From contig NZ_PQWO01000002.1 of the NCBI RefSeq assembly GCF_003231495.1, positions 60,001-92,000 on the forward strand: a stretch of 32,000 bases of DNA, written 5' to 3'. Positions within the stretch are counted from its first letter, which is position 1; each line of letters opens with the position of its first letter. This stretch comes from Acaryochloris thomasi RCC1774. Lineage in GTDB: Bacteria > Cyanobacteriota > Cyanobacteriia > Thermosynechococcales > Thermosynechococcaceae. The translations under genes and the position numbers were made by a program. Of the stretch, positions 25,657 to 32,000 are shown piece after piece. The notes below the pieces were generated by a model. The model had not been told where the DNA came from. It saw only the letters and a list, made by a program, of their open reading frames with translations, and ran no database searches.

Positions 25657-27156
25657 ATGCCTTTCCCGAGAGCCAGCGGCCTTCTTCTACACCCCACGTC
25701 TCTACCCGGTTCTATGGGAATTGGCGATCTAGGCCAAGCCGCCTATGATTTCGTTGACTTTATGCATCAAAGTGGTCAGCGACTCTGGCAGGTATTGCCG
25801 CTAGGGCCCACTGCCTTTGGACATTCTCCCTACATGAGCTATTCGGCGATGGCCGGAAATGTTCTGCTCATTAGCCTTGAACGGCTGCGGGACCAAGGAC
25901 TGCTGGAATCATCGGATTTAGAGGTGGGAGTCGGCTTTCGTCCGGGTACGGTCTCCTACGAGCTAGTGGATCAGATTAAGCTGCCTTTGCTGTTAAAGGC
26001 GTTCCAGAATTTTCGCCGGGTCGCAACCGTTGCGACCCGGCAAGCCTTTGCTGAGTTTTGTCGAACGCGGATCCACTGGCTTGATGATTATGCTCTCTTC
26101 ATGGCACTCAAGGCTGTGCATCGGGGCATGGCTTGGAACACATGGGAGCCTGGATTAGTTCATCGGGATCCAGAGACCTTGAGGCAGTGGAAGAGTAAGC
26201 TGGCTAACGAGATTGAACTGCATAAGTTTCTGCAATTTGAGTTTTTTCGGCAGTGGTCGTCTCTGAGGCAATATGCCAACGAGTGCAGTATTCAGATTAT
26301 TGGGGATATTCCCATTTACGTCGCCCACAATAGCGCTGATGTCTGGTCGAATCCAGAGCAGTTTCACCTCGATCCGCAAACGGGGGAGCCTGCCTTGATG
26401 GCCGGGGTGCCGCCGGATTATTTCAGCGAGACCGGGCAGCTTTGGGGCAACCCTATTTACCGATGGGATCGGATGCAGGCGGATGGTTTCAAATGGTGGC
26501 TGCAGCGCTTTCGCACCATGCTTGACTATGTTGATCTCATTCGGGTGGATCACTTCCGAGGCTTTGAATCCTACTGGCAGATCCGGCAGGGGGAAAATAC
26601 GGCGATTAATGGTGAGTGGGTTCCTGCACCGGGTGTGCAGCTCTTTGAGGCTCTCAACAATGAGTTGGGCCGCTTGCCCATTTTGGCGGAGGATTTGGGC
26701 ATCATTACGCCAGAGGTTGAGGCACTGCGGGATCGATTTGGCTTCCCGGGCATGAAAATTTTGCACTTCGCCTTTGGCTCTGGTGCAGGCAATCCTTATC
26801 TGCCCCATAGCTGCCCGCGTAACTGCTTGATTTATACGGGCACCCACGATAACGACACGACGGCAGGCTGGTTTTCATCGATCTCAGCGGATGAGCAGCA
26901 GATCGTTTCTGATTATGTGGGCGGACTCTCTGACGAGGGAGTTCATTGGGATTTAGTCAGGCTAGCCCTGCGTTCTGTTGCCAACCAAGTGATTATTCCG
27001 GTACAGGACTTGTTGGGATTGGGCAGCGATGCCAGGATGAATCTCCCGAGTACGGCGGGCGGAAATTGGGTCTGGCGTTATGACACCCACGATTTGACGG
27101 ATGAGATTCGCGATCGCCTTTTGCACCTGACGCAAATCTATAACCGCGTTTACTGA
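25657..27156 (+). CDS. malQ: 4-alpha-glucanotransferase (amylomaltase, GH77)
   Basis: 'RASGLLLHPTSLPG..GIGDLG', 'IGDIPIYVAHNSADVW', 'GVPPDYFSETGQLWGNPIY', 'LIRVDHFRGF', 'ILAEDLG' and 'YTGTHDNDT'. ATG 25657 is preferred over the ORF-track TTG at 25633. Confidence 0.9.
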   Translation: MPFPRASGLLLHPTSLPGSMGIGDLGQAAYDFVDFMHQSGQRLWQVLPLGPTAFGHSPYMSYSAMAGNVLLISLERLRDQGLLESSDLEVGVGFRPGTVSYELVDQIKLPLLLKAFQNFRRVATVATRQAFAEFCRTRIHWLDDYALFMALKAVHRGMAWNTWEPGLVHRDPETLRQWKSKLANEIELHKFLQFEFFRQWSSLRQYANECSIQIIGDIPIYVAHNSADVWSNPEQFHLDPQTGEPALMAGVPPDYFSETGQLWGNPIYRWDRMQADGFKWWLQRFRTMLDYVDLIRVDHFRGFESYWQIRQGENTAINGEWVPAPGVQLFEALNNELGRLPILAEDLGIITPEVEALRDRFGFPGMKILHFAFGSGAGNPYLPHSCPRNCLIYTGTHDNDTTAGWFSSISADEQQIVSDYVGGLSDEGVHWDLVRLALRSVANQVIIPVQDLLGLGSDARMNLPSTAGGNWVWRYDTHDLTDEIRDRLLHLTQIYNRVY

Positions 27157-27199
27157 ACTCAAGTCTTTTTTTGATGCTGCTTGATCGCTAAGCTGACCG

Positions 27200-27823
27200 T
27201 CATAACAACTGCTCCTGCTCCAAGAGGAAGAGTAGTGATTGCTGGTTTGTTTTTTGCTGTTTGATTTCGACGCTAGGTCCGGCAATGTTTGCGATCGCAT
27301 CTTTGGCCTCCGCCAACGAAGACACCGGCTTTCCTTCTCGAATGTGTTTCAGCATACTTTCCTCAGAGACATGCCGATGGTCGTGCTTCAGGAAAAGGTA
27401 GGGATATAAACCGGGTAATAAGCGACCCTCTTGCACCGGAAACGCAGCCTCATCGCTAACGCCAATTGGATACCAGAGTTGTGACTGTGGTTCTGAGTCC
27501 AAAAACATTAGTATCTGCTGGCCTTGGGAAAAGCGATTCCCCTGTATGGGTGTTAACGGTGTGCAGGAGGGGCCCGTATCGTAAACCTGATTATCAATCA
27601 ACAGCTTGGGTTCTCGATGCTCGCCTTTGAGATAGGACTCAACAGCTAAAGTTGCTGTCGTTTCGCTGGCTTGGATGACGGTGCCCACCACCACAATTTC
27701 ACTATTTAATACGTAGCCGACTAGCGGTGGGGCAATCCAGGAACAGGCGACCGCCTTTGTCGATGTCATCAACGAACTAGCGATCAGGACGCCGCAGAAG
27801 AGAGACTTAAAATTCATGATCAT
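27200..27823 (-). CDS. Hypothetical exported protein (possible lipoprotein)
   Basis: 207 aa. N-terminal signal 'MIMNFKSLFCGVLIASSLMTSTKAVAC'. I recognise no family motif. Confidence 0.55.
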   Translation of the reverse strand: MIMNFKSLFCGVLIASSLMTSTKAVACSWIAPPLVGYVLNSEIVVVGTVIQASETTATLAVESYLKGEHREPKLLIDNQVYDTGPSCTPLTPIQGNRFSQGQQILMFLDSEPQSQLWYPIGVSDEAAFPVQEGRLLPGLYPYLFLKHDHRHVSEESMLKHIREGKPVSSLAEAKDAIANIAGPSVEIKQQKTNQQSLLFLLEQEQLL

Positions 27824-28078
27824 TGCTCTCCAGATCCATCTGAATATTAGGACTGGCTTGACTGTGACTTAGTTTCTTCTGTTTCTACTATGGCTGCAAA
27901 TAACTGGGGTATCGTCTATGATTGGAAAGTTCTCTGCAGCCGGTGAGCTGGGTCATTCCGTCGCCACAAGCTGGCCCAGGTATAAGCTCACCCTTCTTAA
28001 GGGCCTATCGGTTTAGGTCCTCAACTGTTGCCCGACGCGGCTGTGACGCTGCGGGCTGTTCTTCTATCTCTGTACTTC

Positions 28079-29800
28079 ATGTCTGATACCCCAACAATGC
28101 CTCGGTTCGCTGATCTTGCGATCGCACCTCCCCTATTGCAAGCCATCGACGACGCTGGCTATGAAGCTCCGTCTCCTATTCAAGCGCAAAGCATTCCCCC
28201 CTTACTGGAAGGGCGCGATCTGCTAGGGCAAGCCCAGACCGGCACGGGCAAAACCGCAGCCTTTGCTCTGCCTTTGCTCAGCCGCGTTGATCTCTCCTGC
28301 AAGCAGCCGCAAATCTTAGTTTTGACCCCCACCCGCGAACTGGCAATTCAGGTCGCTGAAGCGATGCAGGGCTATGCTCGCCATCTGAGTGGGTTCCAGA
28401 TTGCGACCCTCTACGGTGGTCAGAACATCAGCACTCAACTGCGCCAGCTGCGGCGGGGCGTCCATACCGTTGTCGGTACGCCGGGACGTTTGATCGATCA
28501 CCTGAAGCGCGGCACTCTCAAGCTCGACAGTCTTGCGACTATTGTCCTTGATGAAGCTGACGAAATGCTGCGGATGGGCTTCATTGAAGATGTTGAAACT
28601 ATTCTAGAGGAGACGCCCAAAGGGCGACAGGTCGCTCTTTTCTCTGCCACGATGCCGTCCGCCATTCGCCGGGTGGCTCAGCATCATCTCAACAATCCAG
28701 TAGAGATCAAGATTAAATCCAAGACCGCCACTGTTGCCAGCATTACGCAGCGTTACTGGCAGGTGCAGGGTCTCCAGAAGCTCGATGCCCTCACCCGCAT
28801 CCTAGAGGTTGAAGACTTCGACGCCATGCTGGTGTTTGTGCGGACCAAAGTGATGGCGGCAGAACTGACCGAGAAGTTAGAGGCGCGGGGCTACTCCAGC
28901 GCGGTATTGAGCGGCGATGTCAGTCAGGTGCTGCGGGAGAAAACCGTTGAGCGCCTCAAAAGTGGCCGTCTCGATATTATTGTGGCGACGGATGTGGCGG
29001 CGCGGGGCTTAGACGTTGAGCGCATTAGCCACGTTATTAACTACGATATTCCCTACGATACTGAAACCTACGTCCACCGCATTGGTCGTACGGGAAGAGC
29101 CGGTCGCACCGGCGATGCGATTCTGTTTGTCTCTGGCCGTGAAAAACGGATGCTGCGCTCCATTGAGAAGGCAACGCGACAGCCTATTCAGCCGATGAAG
29201 ATTCCTAGTCATGCTGATATTGCCGATCGCCGGATTGTGCAGTTCAAGCAGATGATCACCGATACCATTGAAGATCAGGATCTCGGCTTCTTTGAAGATC
29301 TGGTGAGCAACTATCAGCAGGATCAAGACCTCAGCCTGCGCGAGATTGCAGCGGCTTTGGCCTACCTTGTTCAACGAGAGCGGCCTCTCGTTCCTTCTGA
29401 AAAGGAGATCCAAAAAGACGGTGCGTTTACGGCCGGGAACTGGGCTGCAGATCTAGGCAAAAGCTCTCAGGTACCGATGCAGCAGTTTCGGATTGAGGTG
29501 GGCCGCGAGCATGGCGTGAAGCCGAAGAATATTGTGGGTGCGATCGCAAACGAGATCAACCTTGCACCGTCCTACATCGGTCAAATCAAGTTTTTCGACA
29601 CCTTCAGCACCGTGTACCTGCCAGAGGACATGCCAGACGCCGCCGTCAAGCATCTCAAGAAGGTGCGGGTCTGCGGGCAGCAGCTCAAGATTAGCGTCGG
29701 GGCTGGCGGTGGCGGATATAACGCTGACCATGGTAAGCCTAGCCACAAGTCAGGCAAGCGTAAGCACGTCAAGAAACAGCCTCGCAAGGCTAAAGCCTAA
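28079..29800 (+). CDS. DEAD-box ATP-dependent RNA helicase (DeaD/CsdA-like, with DbpA-type C-terminal RNA-binding region and a Lys-rich tail)
   Basis: Q-motif 'FADL...GYEAPSPIQ', 'AQTGTGKTAAF', 'PTRELA', 'DEAD', 'SAT', 'ARGLD' and 'HRIGRTGRAG'. The C-terminus reads 'FRIEVGREHGVKPKNIVGAIANE' plus 'KPSHKSGKRKHVKKQPRKAKA'. ATG 28079 is preferred over TTG 28028. Confidence 0.9.
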   Translation: MSDTPTMPRFADLAIAPPLLQAIDDAGYEAPSPIQAQSIPPLLEGRDLLGQAQTGTGKTAAFALPLLSRVDLSCKQPQILVLTPTRELAIQVAEAMQGYARHLSGFQIATLYGGQNISTQLRQLRRGVHTVVGTPGRLIDHLKRGTLKLDSLATIVLDEADEMLRMGFIEDVETILEETPKGRQVALFSATMPSAIRRVAQHHLNNPVEIKIKSKTATVASITQRYWQVQGLQKLDALTRILEVEDFDAMLVFVRTKVMAAELTEKLEARGYSSAVLSGDVSQVLREKTVERLKSGRLDIIVATDVAARGLDVERISHVINYDIPYDTETYVHRIGRTGRAGRTGDAILFVSGREKRMLRSIEKATRQPIQPMKIPSHADIADRRIVQFKQMITDTIEDQDLGFFEDLVSNYQQDQDLSLREIAAALAYLVQRERPLVPSEKEIQKDGAFTAGNWAADLGKSSQVPMQQFRIEVGREHGVKPKNIVGAIANEINLAPSYIGQIKFFDTFSTVYLPEDMPDAAVKHLKKVRVCGQQLKISVGAGGGGYNADHGKPSHKSGKRKHVKKQPRKAKA

Positions 29801-29806
29801 ATCATA

Positions 29807-29838
29807 GGCACGCCTGTATCTGTGTATATGAGCGTGCC
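29807..29838 (+). terminator. Hairpin GGCACGC-N18-GCGTGCC followed by a T-rich tract, just after the helicase stop codon
   Basis: A perfect 7-bp stem (29807-29813 / 29832-29838) starts 7 nt after the TAA at 29798-29800 and is followed by CGTTGTTTATAC. The 18-nt loop is long for a canonical intrinsic terminator. Confidence 0.4.
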
Positions 29839-29875
29839 CGTTGTTTATACAAGGTTGTCTTTATACAGTCCGCAG

Positions 29876-31135
29876 CTAGGCCGATGTCTTCGCTGCTCTG
29901 GCTGCTGCTGCCTGCTGAAATATTTTGCAGTACTGCAAATGACCGTCAGGGAAGGCCATGTTAAGCTGCAGCGGGTCTTCTGTATCTTGGGGATCGCAGG
30001 GTCCTTCGATGACGGTGCCGCCCTCTAGCTTCAGGGGCTTACGGTTTTTGACCTCTCCGGCGCTGCTGTCGATGTAAACCGTGAGGTTGCCGGTGTTGAA
30101 CTGGCCGCCAATGTCTTGGATCAGCGTTAAGAAGTTGCGATCGCTTCCCCCTCTCCGCACCACGATCTGTCCTGACTCCTCAACGACTTGGCTGTTGACC
30201 GTATCGCCCACGCCAATGATTGTTGGCATCTGATCGGGATCAAAATTGGTTTTTACTAGGTCTAGTAAGGCGTTGCGATCACTCGGTGCCTGTCGAGCGT
30301 TGAAGCCTTCCCCGAGTGGGTATGTTCCTGTGCGGTTAAAGATATAGCGATTGAGCAGCGCCAGCACTCCTGCTTCTTTGATCGCTCCTTGAACCATGAA
30401 TTGAAAATCTGTCGTTCCTGAACCCTCTGGACCCGCAAACCAAATGAGCTCTTGCCCCTGCGAATCTTGTCCAAGATTGGGAGCATAGTGAACAAAGAAA
30501 GAATCCCCTAAGTCCTTTTCCTGTGCTTCTGCAAGTAGCCGATCAATGAGGGCCTTTATGTTTTTCTGAAGTGCCACGTATACCTCTGGAGCATCTTGGA
30601 GATGGGCATAGAACGTATTGAGATTGGCCGTGGGTGACGCTTTGTTATCCAGGACAGAAGCAGCAATACACTCTTCTAGAATGCGTGATTCTAGTATCTC
30701 TGGATATTGTTGAAAAAAGTCGTGGAGTTGCCTCGCAATGCGGTCTGGAACGGCTTGGAGAAAGGCGAGCTCTGCCTCACTCACGCCAGGATGTGATACA
30801 GCCCCCTCTCGGTCTTGCCACTGGATACCGCCTGCTGCCAGTCCCGGCAGATAATTAGGGACTGAAGAATCTTTGAAGGCTTTCTCAACAATGTGATTAA
30901 CGCCCCGCTGACCGATATGCTCACCATTGGTTAAGACGTAGAAGTGCTGATCAAAGGCATTCGTCGCCCGAACGTAGTCAGATGTAATCACCCGCGTGAG
31001 GGGATCTTTAACCAACCCCATACAAACCCCATCTAGATCTTGAATAATCAACAGATTCTCGGTGGTCGCTAACAAAGCTGCGAATGTCTGATGGTCAAGA
31101 CTCAGAGATTGATCATGGAGCGGGGTATCAGGCAT
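29876..31135 (-). CDS. stpA: Glucosylglycerol-phosphate phosphatase (StpA/GgpP)
   Basis: 'LLIIQDLDGVCMGLVKDPLTRV', 'DYVRATNAFDQHFYVLTNGEH', 'LPGLAAGGIQWQDR', 'SFFVHYAPNLG', 'GTTDFQFM', 'IIGVGDTV' and 'RRGGSDRNFLTLIQD' track my recollection of Synechocystis StpA (Slr0746) along the full length. ATG 31135 is preceded by GGAGAGG 6 nt upstream; the ORF-track TTG at 31177 is less likely. Confidence 0.7.
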   Translation of the reverse strand: MPDTPLHDQSLSLDHQTFAALLATTENLLIIQDLDGVCMGLVKDPLTRVITSDYVRATNAFDQHFYVLTNGEHIGQRGVNHIVEKAFKDSSVPNYLPGLAAGGIQWQDREGAVSHPGVSEAELAFLQAVPDRIARQLHDFFQQYPEILESRILEECIAASVLDNKASPTANLNTFYAHLQDAPEVYVALQKNIKALIDRLLAEAQEKDLGDSFFVHYAPNLGQDSQGQELIWFAGPEGSGTTDFQFMVQGAIKEAGVLALLNRYIFNRTGTYPLGEGFNARQAPSDRNALLDLVKTNFDPDQMPTIIGVGDTVNSQVVEESGQIVVRRGGSDRNFLTLIQDIGGQFNTGNLTVYIDSSAGEVKNRKPLKLEGGTVIEGPCDPQDTEDPLQLNMAFPDGHLQYCKIFQQAAAARAAKTSA

Positions 31136-31618
31136 CGGGAACCTCTCCTCAAAAAGTGGCGGTGGACTTGCTCTCAATAGTCTAAGGGAGTAGGCCGACG
31201 GTCTGGAGACCCATGCTCATATTGATGCTTCAGTGCGTCTCTTAACTGACTGCGCCTGAACGATGCCGAAGTTCCTTCGCCTTCAGTGGTTTGCAGTATC
31301 TAAAATTCCTGAAAAAATCCGATTGTGGTGACGGCTTGTATGTCGGAGACTTGCGATATAGAAACGCAATCTCCATGGATGGAAACGCTCTATGCGTGGC
31401 AGGTCGGGGGGCGACCCTCGCAGCAGCATTAGAGGACAGCGTGTTGCTAAACTAAGTGCCGAAAGGACTTCAAAACTGCCTGAAATGCATTCAACGTCCT
31501 CAATCCCTCATTTTGAGGAACTTTGACCTTCAACACCTCCCTCGGGAGCAGGAGGTCAATCCTATAAATAAGCGCTTTTAGCAACGGCTTATTAAATATC
31601 AATCGTTTCGCTAAGGTA

Positions 31619-32000
31619 ATGATGAAATTTAACTGGTGTGTAAGGATTTTTCTCGGGATAAGCCTGCTGGGTTTAACCGCCTGTGAGTCCACTGACGACC
31701 CCAATAAGAAAACAGTCACGATCTTAGGGGTCGTGGTCGGTGAGCAGCAAGACAAATTAGAAGCAGCCTTGGTGCCCTTTGAAGAGAAGACCGGCATTGA
31801 GGTCGAATATGAAGGCACAGACGCCTTTGCCACTCTTCTGCCCGTGCGTGTTGAAGCCGGTGATGCCCCCGATGTTGCCATGTTTCCGCAGCCCGGTTTG
31901 ATGCAGGACTTTGCCAAGTCTGGCAAGCTGATTCCCGTGACCAACTTTATGGAGCCGTCGGCGCTAGAAGCGGCCTACCCAGAAGACTGGCTGAACTTGG
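31619..32000 (+). CDS. ABC-transporter sugar-binding lipoprotein, N-terminal part (runs off the window); possibly GgtB-like
   Basis: It is absent from the ORF track because it has no stop in the window. My translation: MMKFNWCVRIFLGISLLGLTACESTDDPNKKTVTILGVVVGEQQDKLEAALVPFEEKTGIEVEYEGTDAFATLLPVRVEAGDAPDVAMFPQPGLMQDFAKSGKLIPV... It has a lipobox (LTAC), and 'FE..TGI.V.Y.G...F.......aG..PDVA.FPQPG' is typical of family-1 sugar-binding proteins. Substrate specificity is not determinable. Confidence 0.7.
   Translation, partial: MMKFNWCVRIFLGISLLGLTACESTDDPNKKTVTILGVVVGEQQDKLEAALVPFEEKTGIEVEYEGTDAFATLLPVRVEAGDAPDVAMFPQPGLMQDFAKSGKLIPVTNFMEPSALEAAYPEDWLNL

Overview
This window is a cyanobacterial chromosome segment. 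The octamer GCGATCGC (HIP1) occurs 17 times in 32 kb, and the gene content fits: flavodiiron protein, CyanoQ/psbQ, Cry-DASH, glucosylglycerol-phosphate phosphatase and a CYP38-like lumenal cyclophilin. I found no rRNA, tRNA, CRISPR array, transposase or integrase by eye.

Nt ~10,400-32,000 are ordinary, densely packed housekeeping and physiology genes:
- Light and DNA repair: Cry-DASH, psbQ, an FeS-type (6-4) photolyase/CryB homologue.
- Sugar and osmolyte metabolism: a GH13_18 sugar phosphorylase, malQ, stpA, and a partial sugar-binding ABC lipoprotein.
- Other: a DUF3352-like protein, DUF952, thiL, cyclophilin, murI, an EF-G paralogue, a TPR protein and a DEAD-box helicase.

Nt ~760-10,400 look accessory. 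They contain:
- a decayed cytochrome P450 (in-frame TAA plus loss of the C-terminal two-thirds);
- a ~995-aa LRR-Roc-COR (ROCO) GTPase, whose LRR region is a tandem array of near-identical 69-bp units and which carries an unassigned ~200-aa C-terminal module;
- a VapBC (RHH/PIN) toxin-antitoxin pair;
- a NurA-type nuclease gene with no HerA partner;
- a 1.15-kb gene-poor gap with two convergent small ORFs and hairpins;
- a Tat-signal trypsin-like protease fused to an FGE-sulfatase domain, bracketed by stretches of 21-25% GC.

My best candidate for something new is this ROCO / VapBC / NurA / protease-FGE cluster acting as a conflict (defence-like) island. That is a hypothesis from domain content and context, not a demonstrated system.

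All family assignments come from motif recognition by eye. No database search, structure prediction or statistics beyond hand counts was possible.
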